Assembly: GCA_000004695.1 (NCBI GenBank) | Contig: CM000152.2 | Coordinates: 2,720,001 to 2,784,000 of the forward strand | Direction of reading: 5' to 3' | Length of the DNA stretch: 64,000 nt | Source: Dictyostelium discoideum | Lineage: Eukaryota | Notes under the pieces: model-generated | Seen by the model: the letters and a program-made list of their open reading frames with translations, nothing else | Databases searched by the model: none | What the model was told of the DNA's origin: nothing | Shown here: positions 13,541 through 25,920 of the stretch, in pieces | How the letters are laid out: each line of letters begins with the position of its first letter | How positions within the stretch are numbered: the stretch's first letter is position 1 | Program-made: the position numbers and the translations under genes

Positions 13541-14596
13541 ATATATTTTTTCTTTTTTAATTTGATTTTTCTTTTTTTTTTTTTTTTTTATTAAATTTTA
13601 CATTATGATAATTAAAACACTCACACCCAATGCATTAAAAAAGAAAAAAATCAAATATAATAATAAATAAATAAAAATTGAAAATATTTACATACTTAAC
13701 ACTCAACACTTTCTCATAAAAACAGAAATATTTCCTTTTTTTTTTTTTTTTTAATTTCCTTCGAAATATTTAATATCAGAATAATATCTTTTTTTTTTTA
13801 TTTTTTATTTTTATTGTTTTTTTTTAAAAAAAAATTCATCGCCTATTATTGCCACTATTATTCTTAGAAGGAGTGTTTTTTGCCCAATAATTAAATAAAA
13901 TTTTATGTACGACATCATTAAATAAAAAAATAAAAAAAAGAATTTTGTTTATTTTTTGATATACTTTTTTTTTTTTTTAATCTATTTTTAAATTCATTTT
14001 CCCATCACCCGAAATTGGAATTTTAAATTGTTATTTTTGTATATTTTCCATTTTATTTTTATTATTATTATTTTTATTTTTTTTTTTTTTTTTTTTTTTT
14101 AAATCGGTTCATTGACAAAAATATTTTATTAACCCAATTTTAAAATTGGAATTTTTTTTTTTTCAAAAAACTTTTAAATTTAGATCAACACGAAAGCAAA
14201 AAACTCTTTGCCAACTTAAAATCAAGAATCTCAAATAAAAAAAAAAATCGCTATTTTTCAACTTGTCACAAAGAATTTCTGGCTTTATCAAATTAATTTA
14301 ATTATTGTCAATCTCCATTCAAATAATTAACCGGTTGTGGTGTGTGGTGGTGTTATTTTTGCAATTTTTTTTAGTATCTTCTTTTGAATTTTTTTTTTTT
14401 TTTTTTTAAATTTTTTTTTTTTTTTTTATTTTTTTATTTTTTAATTAATTAGTATCGGAATTGTGGTATTTAAAAAAAATAAAAAATTATTTTTTTTTTT
14501 TTTTTAATTCCAATCAAATTTAAATCTTCTCATAATTAATCTAAAAAATCACAAAAAAGGTTTTTATATCACGATAAAAAAAAAAAAAAAAAAAAG

Positions 14597-14763
14597 ATGG
14601 CAAATTTTTTAATATATGATGGAGCTTCAACTTATAATCCATTTGATTATGAATATCCAATTAATAAAATAAATAATAACCCAAAAACATTTAAATTTCC
14701 TCCAAAACATTCAGGTAAGTTTATTTTTTAATATTTTTTTTTTTTTTTTTTATACATCTTACT

Positions 14764-14794
<31 letters not shown>

Positions 14795-15049
14795 CCTCTT
14801 TTAGTTTGTCTACCACAAAAAGATCATTTCATTGTTGAAAGACAATTGGCATTAGAAACAAAACAATATACATATAATTTCGAACATAATGTTAGAGTAG
14901 CCGGATTTGATACCCCAGTGGTTGGTTTACCACCATGTTTCAAATATATGGCACCAACATATGAATTACCAAAATGCGAACAATTAATGAATCCAAGTTT
15001 TGCTGCACATGGATTTAGTTTATTATTTTCAGATGTAATTATTTTTATA

Positions 15050-15093
<44 letters not shown>

Positions 15094-16770
15094 ATTTATT
15101 TTTTTATTATTAATTTTTTTTTTTTTTTTTAAAAGTTTCAAGCAAAAATTAATAATTATTTAACAAATAAAAAAAGTGAATATTTTGGATCAGTATCAGA
15201 ATATTTAAAAATGATAATGTTACCAAATCCACCAAAATTAATAGAAAATCAAACAATTGAAAGTTTAAATAAATTTGAATGGTTAAATGATAAAGAATTT
15301 GGTAGACAAAGATTACAAGGTTTAAATGCTGGTCAATTAATTAGGTTAACAAATGAAAAAGTTCAAGAATTAGATCTTTTTAATAAATTAAAATTTGAAA
15401 AGATGTTACCAACATTTAATATGATTCTTTCTAGTGAAGTTAATAGTAATTTCCAAAAGATGCTTGACAATGGTAATTTGTATATGGTTGATTATTCAAT
15501 ATTTGATGATGTAAATTATTATGAATCTGCCAAGAAAAGAGGTCGTTACATTTCAAGTCCAATAGCATTATTCTATATCAATGAAAATGATGAAAAACTA
15601 TATCCACTTTGTATAAAGATTTTACAAAACGATGAATTGTCACCAGTGTTTACACCTGCTTCCAATCCACCAGAATCTTGGATATTTGCTAAACTTTGGT
15701 TCCAATCTGCTGATGGTCAACATATGGAATTCTTTACTCATCTTTACGAATGTCATTTATTAGGTGAAGTTTTCACAATTGCGACCCATCGTCAACTTTC
15801 AACTTCTCATCCAATCTATCAATTGTTACATCCTCATTTCGATCTTTTACTTGATATAAATCATAGAGCAAGAGGTAATTTACTTTCAAGTTTTGGTCCA
15901 ATTGAATCTTTATTAGGTGGTGGTTCAATTGCTGCACTTCATTTAATTGTAAAATATCATAAAAATTTCATTTGGAGAGATAATACATTTTTAAATAGGT
16001 AATTATTTTTTAAATATATATATAAATATATTAAAAAAATTATATTAAATAAATAATATTAATATTTTTTTATTTTATTTTTAAATTTTAGATTAAAAAA
16101 AAATAATACATTAAATGATAATAAAAATCGAAAATATTATTTTAAAGAAGATGGTATTGAAATTTATAAAAATTTATTTGGATTTGTTCAAGATGTATTA
16201 TCTAAATTTTATACTAGTAAAGAAGATATTGAAAGAGATTTTGAATTACATTCATGGGTTGATGAAATAACAAGCGAACATGGTGGCACAATTAAAGGAT
16301 TAATTGAAGGTGAAAAATTAGTTGAACTAACTCAAGTGGTTGAATTAGTTACCGATATAATATTTCGTGTAACTGTTGAACATTCAATTGGTAATCATGG
16401 TCAATGGGATATGTTTGGTTTTACCCCAAATGTACCAGGCGCTCTCTATATGGATCCTCATAAAATCATTGAAGGTATACCAACAACATTTGAAATGATC
16501 ATAAATTCATTACCACCAAAGAAAGAAACTCAGGATCAAATTGCAATCACTCATCTTTTAGCAAATACTGATACTGGTTTACCAACTTTTATCTCTACAA
16601 TTTATGAATTTGAAAAAGATCAATCAGCTCCAAATTTTAAAGATATTTGTTCCTCCTATAGATCGAAAATGGAGCATTTATCAACAATTATCGAAAATCG
16701 TAACAAAAATGTAAATATGCCATACTCTTATATGGATCCTTCAAAAATTTGTGGTTCAATTTATATTTAA
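14597..16770 (+). CDS. Lipoxygenase, catalytic domain only (no PLAT/LH2 domain), about 630 aa. Exons 14597..14714, 14805..15034, 15136..15998, 16092..16770
   Basis: WLNDKEFGRQRLQGLNAGQLIRL, THLYECHLLGEVFTIATHRQLSTSHPIYQLLHPHFDLLLDINHRARGNLLSSFGPIE and EHSIGNHGQWDMFGFTPNVPGALY match the conserved lipoxygenase iron-ligand and helix motifs. The C-terminus ...GSIYI* ends in Ile (carboxylate iron ligand). Donors GTAAGT/GTAATT, acceptors TTTAG/AAAAG. Confidence 0.8.
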
Positions 16771-16786
16771 ATAATTCTTTTTAATT

Positions 16787-16821
<35 letters not shown>

Positions 16822-16998
16822 TTTAGAAGAAAAAAAAAAAAAGAAAAAAAAAAAAAGAAAAAAAAAAAAAGAAAAAAAAAAAAATACAAGTACTATTACT
16901 TTTTATATATTATTTATAACTAAAAAAAAAAAATATTAATAAAAAAGTGGATCCATAAAATTTTAAAATTTTTTTTAAATTAAAAAAGAACCATTATT

Positions 16999-17031
<33 letters not shown>

Positions 17032-17039
<8 letters not shown>

Positions 17040-19021
17040 AAGATTTTCTTAAAACTTTATATAAGAAATAAATTACAATTATTGTTGTAAATGAAATTGA
17101 AATAAATTCAGATAATAGAAAAGTTGATTTTTCACATTCTAAATAAGAATGTTTTGATGAATGAATTTTATGTATTACACTACTGATATTCATTGCAAGA
17201 TCAGAGAGTTGATTAATTCTATCATAGGCTTTAGAGTATTGATGAAGTTGTAAATTTGAATTGATTTGTGTTATCGTTGAATTAATACTCTTAAAGAAGG
17301 AATCGATTGATCTTACACTTGGATTATCGATTGAGTGAGTGAATTCTTCCCAAGTTTCATCATCACCAATATGATCCATTATACTCTTTAATGAATCAAT
17401 TGATGAAATTATATCAAAGTATAAATAATTTCTAATTGCTGAATCAGTTTGAGAGAATGATAAATCCTTTAAATTTGTAAACATATTACTTGGGTTATAT
17501 CCAATATTCCAAATGAAATTATTTTCAATTTGTTTGGAATTTTCATTAACAACTAAACTATTTGAACCAACCCCCCAAATTGTCATTAATAATGATTGTA
17601 ATATTGGTTTAGTTGCATCCATTGGATTAATTCCTAATTGTTTATCACATTGATAATCAATTTTCATTAATCCTGATTGAGTTTGAATACCAATTACCAT
17701 ATCAGGGAATGATACTGCCTTTTATTTTTTTTATAAAAAAAAAAAAAAAAAAAATTAATTTTAATTAATATATATATTTAAATTTAAAAAAAAAAAAAAA
17801 TTTAAAACTTACTTGATAATATCTATCTAATAATAATAATTCTTTATAAGAAATATCAAATAAAAAGATTGGAATAATTGTTTTTGAAGAATCATCTAAA
17901 TAAGATGGTATAAATTTTTGAATATGAACTTTAAACCAATGATGAAGTTCTTTTGAATCTAAAAATTGTTGAGTACCTTTTAATACTGAATGATGAGTTT
18001 TCAATGATGATTGTTTAATTTGAGCTGCATATAAATTATTTAATAATGATACTTCCCTCTTTGAAAATGTTATTCTTTGATTTGGTAATAATGGCATTTT
18101 CTCTCCTAATTGTTCCTTTATTGATTCCCAATCAAATTGTTCTGAAACTTCTAATTGTCCAACTAAATGATCATGTATCATAATTAATTGAATTTCTAAA
18201 TCAATCCAACCATATTTCTCTGGTATTTCATAAATTGGTGGTGATATTAATTGTCTAATTGTATGATAAAAAAATGTTGATATATCATATAATTTCTTTA
18301 AAAATAAAAAACAATAATAATAATAATAATGTTAATATATTTGTGAAGTATCTATGAATTATTTATTTATAAAAATATATACTTTTGTAAATCTTGAATT
18401 TGTATGTGGTAATTGTTGATTTGAAATTAAACCAGTACCCTTTGTTTGTGGACCATATGTACAAGTTTCAGCACCAATATCAATCCAAACATATCTACCA
18501 CTACCATCATTTGAATTATTTGGATTATTTGGTGATTCTGATTTTGATTGCCATAATTTAACATTACATAAATGGTCAACTACATTAATTCCATCTCTAT
18601 GTAATGTATTTATAGTTGTTGAATTCAATTGAGAATATGTATATTTTTCAATTGAATCTTCTCTATCATAAATTGTATTTATAATGTATACAACATATGA
18701 GATATGATTTTGTTGTTTATAATCTTGTGCTATAATATTATCAACTATATCGAATGGAACTAAATATTCATCCTGCTTTAAAGTGCTCCTATGTTGAAAT
18801 TCTGATATATACTTTTTAACTGATGCTTTAATCTCTTCATTTAAATTATGTGATCCTTCTGTTATATTAAATTTATGATTTTGTTTAATTAAATCAATAG
18901 TTTGTAATTTCTAAAAAAAAAATAAAAATAAAAATAAAAATTAGAGGTTTATTTTATATAAATTTTATTGTTGATTATAATAAAAATAATAATATAATAA
19001 TTAAAAATATTAATAATAATA

Positions 19022-19089
<68 letters not shown>

Positions 19090-19323
19090 GCTTACAGGAT
19101 ATAAAATAGTTGGGCTATAATCTTTATTTAATTTATTTAATAATATTTTTAATTCATCTTGTTCAAGTGAATCAAAACCAATTAATCTAACATCGATGTT
19201 GGTTGTATGTTGAATTTTGAAAAGTTGATCAAATAAACCATTTGAGTGTACTATATTTACAAGTAGAAAATGTAAAATAAATAAATATAGTATTAGATTT
19301 TTTGATACATTTTTAATTTTCAT
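17032..19323 (-). CDS. Hypothetical type I membrane/secreted protein (signal peptide, large ectodomain, C-terminal TM). Exons 19096..19323, 18383..18909, 17813..18296, 17032..17718
   Basis: MKIKNVSKNLILYLFILHFLLVNIVHS signal peptide; 4 exons with GTAAGC/GTATAT/GTAAGT donors; C-terminal hydrophobic FTTIIVIYFLYKVLRKSLF*. I do not recognise the family. Intron 1 carries a (TAT)n repeat. Confidence 0.5.
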
Positions 19324-19604
19324 TATTATATATTGGGTTTTTTTTTTTTTTTTTTTTTGATCAAAAAAAAGTGTGAACAGTAATGAAAATTAAATTGGAT
19401 AAAAAAAAAAAAAAAAGAAAAAAAAAAAAAAAAAAAAAATTTTGACCACAAAAAAAAAAAATAAAAAAAACAAAAACCAAAATTAAAAAATAGAAAACTT
19501 TATATTTTTATTTGATATATTTAAATAAATCATCAAAATATAATCATAATTTTTATATAATTAAAACAATATTTAATATATTTTTTTCATTAAATTAAAT
19601 GGGA

Positions 19605-19772
19605 GGAGGTAAGTGGAGGTGCGTAATACGCAACGACCACAGCTACCACAAATTGGTCAATTGAATTCTCGTAATTGAGAATCATACACAAACCAAACCG
19701 GTGTGCAATGGTCTGAAATTCATGCAATTAATATGCCTTTGTGATCACATATTAATATTGACAGGTAAGTAT
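19605..19772 (-). ncRNA. U1 spliceosomal snRNA gene (copy 1; 3' end +/-10 nt)
   Basis: The reverse complement begins ATACTTACCTG (the 5' splice-site recognition sequence) and contains the Sm site AATTTGTGG followed by a terminal stem (GTGCGTAATACGCAC). Base-for-base identical to the + strand copy at 43788..43955. Confidence 0.8.
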
Positions 19773-19827
19773 GAATTGTTAAGTTAAAAAGTTTTCATTC
19801 ATAAATTGATCACTTTTTCAATTAGAT

Positions 19828-19835
19828 TTATGGGT
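19828..19835 (-). promoter_or_regulatory. DUSE-like upstream element (ACCCATAA) at -56..-63 of U1 copy 1
   Basis: Sequence TTATGGGT on + strand = ACCCATAA on - strand, matching the Dictyostelium upstream sequence element consensus [A/T]CCCA[C/T]AA described about 60 nt upstream of snRNA/ncRNA genes. Confidence 0.5.
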
Positions 19836-20247
19836 TAAAAAAAATTAAAAAAAAAATTTTTATTTAAAAAAAAAAAAAAAATATAAAAAAATAAAAAAAA
19901 AATTTAATTTCAGAAATGGAAAATGTTTCTTTTTTTTTTTAACAGTTTTGTTTGAACCAGTTATTTTAATAATAAAAAAAAAAATTAACATAAATTGTTT
20001 TTTTTTTATTTTATTTTTTTTTTTTTCAACAAAACTAAATTTTAATAAAAATGTAAATTGCCAACATTAAACAATGATGATTTAATTTAATTTTTTTATT
20101 TTTTTTATTATTTTTTTTATTTTTTTTTTTATTTTTTTTTATTTTTTATTTTTTTTTTTTTTTTTTAAACTGGTTTGATGATCAAAATTTTTTTTTTTTT
20201 TTTTTTTTTCTTTTTTCATCTCGTATTTTAATTTACACAACAATAAA

Positions 20248-21470
<1,223 letters not shown>

Positions 21471-21740
21471 ATAGTTCAATAAACAACAATTAATATAGGT
21501 TTTTAAAAATATAAAATATATATATTCTTAATGTTTTTTTCTTTTTATATTTTATTATTATTATTATTTTTATTTTTTATTTTTATTTATTTTAAAAATT
21601 TAAAAAAAACCATAGGTAATTATTATAATATATTGAAGGAGAAGAGGAAAAAATATAATAAAATTTATTATAAATTGATTGTGTGGAAATAAAATATTTA
21701 CAAATTCATTGAGATTTTAATAATCCAATTATTAAATTCA

Positions 21741-22051
21741 TTATTGAGAATTTAATAATTCTATTACACTCAAAGAGTTTTCAATATGTGATGAATGGGA
21801 TAACCAGGAAGTATGATGATTTAAAGCAATCTTGCCGTTTTTATCAATAACAAATGTTACCCTACCAGGAAGTAGACCATTTACTCCATATAGCTTCCCA
21901 ATCGCTCCGTTTTTATCTGATAATATAGTATAGTTGACTCTATGAGCAGCATGAAATTTTTTATGATTATCCATTGTGTTTGGACTATTGCCAGGTACAT
22001 ATTTTTTTTTTTTAAAAAAAAAAAAAAGAAAATTAATAAATCTATTTTAAA

Positions 22052-22086
<35 letters not shown>

Positions 22087-22387
22087 ACCTCTGCACCCAT
22101 TTCAATAAATTTTTCATAACTATCTCTAAAATAACAAACTTCACGAGTACAAACCCATCCAATCTATAAATATTATTATTGATTAAATTAATTTTTAATT
22201 TTTTTTTTTTTTCATTTAAACATATTAAAAAAAAAAAAAAAAAAAAAATTATTTATTTATTTACATTATTTGGATAAAAAAATATAACTAGAGGTTTACC
22301 GGCAAAATCTTTTAGATTAAATAATTTTCCATCTTTATTTGGAAGTGTAAATTCAGGAGCAATTTCTCCTATTTTCATAATACCCAT
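21741..22387 (-). CDS. Peroxiredoxin, BCP/PrxQ-type (AhpC/TSA family), paralog 1. Exons 22265..22387, 22089..22163, 21741..about 21998 (last junction unresolved)
   Basis: MGIMKIGEIAPEFTLPNKDGKLFNLKDFAGKPLVIFFYPNN|IGWVCTREVCYFRDSYEKFIEMGAE|VPGNSPNTMDNHKKFHAAHRVNYTILSDKNGAIGKLYGVNGLLPGRVTFVIDKNGKIA... matches the BCP consensus (FYP..TPGCT.E.C.FRD...GAEV.G.S.D...H.KF). The exon2/exon3 boundary lacks a canonical AG (see findings). Confidence 0.7.
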
Positions 22388-22938
22388 TTTAAAATTTTAT
22401 AATATTTTTAATTTTTGTAGAATAAAAACTTTATTTTTTTAACTATTATTAATTTTAATAGTATAGTCTGAAAATTCAAATTTGATTCTATTAATTTATA
22501 TGGCTCTCTTTTTAATAAAAAAAAAAAAATAAAAAAAAATAAAAAAAAAAAAAAATTCAAAAAATAATTCAAAATTAAATAATTATTTGATTTTAATTTA
22601 AATTAAAAATGAAATAATAATAATAATAAAAATAAAAAAAAAAAAAACAAGATAATCTATTGGTAATAAAAAAACATTTTTTTTTATTAATTTTTTTTTT
22701 TGAAAAAAAAAAAATACTTGAACCTTTCAAAGCATAAATGCTATAATTAAACTCATATGAGCAATTTTTTTTATCTTTTTATAATGTTGTTTTTTTTGAT
22801 TACTATATATATATATACTTAACAATACTTTAACAGCCAGAGTAAAAACACCACACAGGATGTTAATTTTTTTTTTTGGGGGTTCATTTATCAAAAAACA
22901 ATGCATACTTGATGAAATAATATTTGCTTCAAATAATG

Positions 22939-22973
<35 letters not shown>

Positions 22974-23277
22974 ATCACAAGGGTAAAAAATAACCACCAA
23001 ATAAATTGTGATATCGCGATTTCTTCCTTTGATGGTTAAAAAAGGGTAAAAGTGAGTTCAAAAGATTAAAAAAAAAAAAATAAGATATAATTTAAATAAT
23101 AATTGGTTTTTTTTTATTTTTTTTATTATTTTTATATTATTATATTTTTATTATTATATATATGTATATATTACAGAGTATTTTTGGATTGAGTTAGGGT
23201 GATTTTTAAGCGTATAATTGGTTTTTTTTTTTAAGTTAAAATAAATAAACCATTAAAATAATTATTGTGATATTATC

Positions 23278-23336
<59 letters not shown>

Positions 23337-23412
23337 GTTAGGTTAATTGGAAATCTGTAATTTGAATAGGTTTTTTTTTAAAAAAAATATTTATATTTCA
23401 TTTGTAAATATT

Positions 23413-23976
23413 CTAATTAGCACTTAAAGTTTCTACTAATTTTAATGATTCTTCAATATGTTGAGTTGATTTTAATAAAGCAGAGTGACTAAATACAATT
23501 TTACCAGTTATATCAATTATAAAAGTTACTCTATCAGTAATTAAAAAACCATCGACACCAAAAGTTTTAGCTAATTTACGGCCTTCATCAACAACTAAAT
23601 TAAAAGGAATTTTATGTTTTTCTGCAAATCTATTATGAGATTCAACAGAGTTTGGACTTGCTCCGATAACTTCAACACCAAATTCACAAAATTTTTCATA
23701 GGCATCTCTAAATTCACCTTTAATTATTTAATATCAAATAAATTTTAAATGTTAGAAATTGTTATTTTTTTTTTATTATTATTAATTTATTTATTTATAA
23801 AAAAAAAAAAAAAATTACATACAAACTTCACTTTTACAATAGTAACCTATATTATTTGGAAAGAAAAATAAAACAAATGGTTTTTTCCCAATGTAATCTG
23901 ATGCCTTGATTTCTTTACCATCCTTATTTTTAACACTAAATAAAGGGCATTGATCACCAACATTTAATCTTGTCAT
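23413..23976 (-). CDS. Peroxiredoxin, BCP/PrxQ-type, paralog 2. Exons 23823..23976, 23413..23717
   Basis: MTRLNVGDQCPLFSVKNKDGKEIKASDYIGKKPFVLFFFPNNIGYYCKSEV|CEFRDAYEKFCEFGVEVIGASPNSVESHNRFAEKHKIPFNLVVDEGRKLAKTFGVDGFLITDRVTFIIDITGKIVFSHSALLKSTQHIEESLKLVETLSAN*. GTATGT donor and AG acceptor; the intron falls inside the Cys-x4-Cys motif, a different position from paralog 1. Confidence 0.75.
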
Positions 23977-24138
23977 TTTATTAATAATATTTATTTTTAT
24001 TTAAATTAAAATAGTATTCTTCTTTTTTTTTTTTTTTTTTTATATTTTCTATAAATATTCCTTTATTTTATTAATTAAATAATTTATTTATTTATTAATT
24101 TATTAATTTATTTATTAATTTTTTTATTATATTAATTT

Positions 24139-24189
<51 letters not shown>

Positions 24190-24591
24190 TTTGTTTATTT
24201 GTTTATTGCTCTTTTATTTTTGAAATTATAAACAATATATTATTTTTTTTTTTTTTCTTTTTATTGTGTGGATTATTTTTGTATTTTTTATTTATTTTTA
24301 TTTATTTATATTATTTATTTTAATAAATGAAATTAAAATTAAATTTAATTATTTAAAAAAAAATGTGGCGTGATCATTTTGATGGTGTCATACATAAAAT
24401 GTATTTTTTAAATTTAATTTTTTGTTCGCGTTGATATTTTTTTTTTTTTTTTTTTTTTTTGATATTTTCATTTGCTGTTTTTGGGGTTTAATTTTTTTTT
24501 TTTTAATTGTTTATTTTTTTATGTATTGTAAAATACTATGTTATATGATGGCCTTACCTCTAAATCTATGTTTTGTTAAATATTACATACA

Positions 24592-24665
24592 TACAACATA
24601 CAAACACACAAACACACAAACACACAAACACACAAACACACAAATACACACAAGCACACACACAC
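24592..24665. repeat. (ACACAAAC)n / CA-rich microsatellite
   Basis: catacaaacacacaaacacacaaacacacaaacacacaaatacacacaagcacacacacacacat. A rare GC-containing simple repeat in otherwise AT-only intergenic DNA. Confidence 0.8.
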
Positions 24666-25021
24666 ACATACGTTTCATTTTTTTTTTTTCTTTGCTTTTT
24701 AATTTTAATTTTATATTATCATATTAAAAAAATAAAAATAAAATAAAAAAAAAATAAAAATAAAATGAAAATGTGCAATAACAAGGGAGACAATAGAAAA
24801 AGAGAGGCAACCTTATGTTTTTAGATCATACAAAGAGTATTGTTTGTTTTTTTTATTAAATCTTTTAGAACTTACGTTTCAAAATTTATAATTATCAATG
24901 TTTGCGAACACTTTTTTTTATTTTAATTGTTTAATTTTTATTTTTATATCATTTTTATTTTTATTTTTATTTTTATTTTAATTTAATTTTTAAGATTTAA
25001 ATCCAAATTTAAATTTGCTCC

Positions 25022-25055
<34 letters not shown>

Positions 25056-25399
25056 AACATTTTTTTCAATGTAAAATTAAGTTGAAAATATATTTTTTCA
25101 ACTTAATTCCTATATCAATGAATTATTTTATCAGAATAATTTTGTTTCAAATTCTAAAATTAATTCTTTTAAACCTATATACGCATTTATTAAATCAATT
25201 TTTGGTACTGTCTTTTCTCTAATTTACTTACTATCACTGATTTAAAATGGTACGTAAAATATAATAATTTTAATTCGTCCAATAATTATTTTAATATTTC
25301 AAGTAAAATAATTTTTTGGTTTTGTAAGAATACATCAAAAGCTTCAATGATAGAAATTTAAAACGGGTATGAGTTATTTAACATGAAAAATATCGATTA

Positions 25400-25473
25400 G
25401 TTCGGATGGTGTAGTCGGTTATCACGAATCCTTAACACGGATTAGGTCGTGGGTTCGATTCCCGCTCTGAATA
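25400..25473 (+). tRNA. tRNA-Val (anticodon AAC)
   Basis: Cloverleaf by hand. Acceptor GTTCGGA/TCTGAAT (2 G-U pairs), D-arm GTG-TAGTCGGTTAT-CAC, anticodon stem AATCC/GGATT with loop TTAACAC (anticodon AAC), variable loop AGGTC, T-arm GTGGG-TTCGATT-CCCGC, discriminator A. Followed by a T-run at about 25485. Confidence 0.85.
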
Positions 25474-25514
25474 CAAACTAATACTTTTTCCAAAGACAAA
25501 TTTTCATAGTCAAA

Positions 25515-25525
25515 AGTTCGATTCC
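25515..25525 (+). promoter_or_regulatory. ex-B box (extra B-box, AGTTCGATTCC) 42 bp downstream of tRNA-Val
   Basis: A second copy of the B-box consensus GGTTCGANTCC outside the tRNA body at the distance described for Dictyostelium tRNA genes. No TRE-type insertion is present nearby. Confidence 0.55.
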
Positions 25526-25920
25526 AGAAGAATGCAGTCTTTGAAAAAAAAAAAAGTAATTTAGCAATTTATTTAAAATTTTAATACCTTTTAAAATCAT
25601 TTAATTTATATAATTTAGTTTGTTTTATTATTATATTTCATCTTATAAAAACATAAAACAAAAAAATTATTGAATTTGATGGTTAAATACTAATTAGTTA
25701 ATATTTTTTTTTTTTTTTTTTTTAATAAAATGTTGGTGAAATTTTAATACACAAATCCAATAAAAAAAAAAAATTTAATAAAAAACAGCAAAGATCAAAA
25801 AAAAAATAAACAAAATAAAAAATATAAATGATAGGAATGAATTTAAAGATTTATTTTATTAAAAACATTTAGATCAATAATTATTAATTATTTTCTAAGA
25901 ATATCAGCCTAAAGAGTTAT

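Noticed and set aside
14500-14600. Possible upstream exon supplying a PLAT domain to the lipoxygenase
   Set aside because: No open frame or splice donor with lipoxygenase-like sequence was found upstream of 14597. The ATG sits in a good A-rich Kozak-like context (aaaaaagATGG). This remains a caveat rather than a feature.
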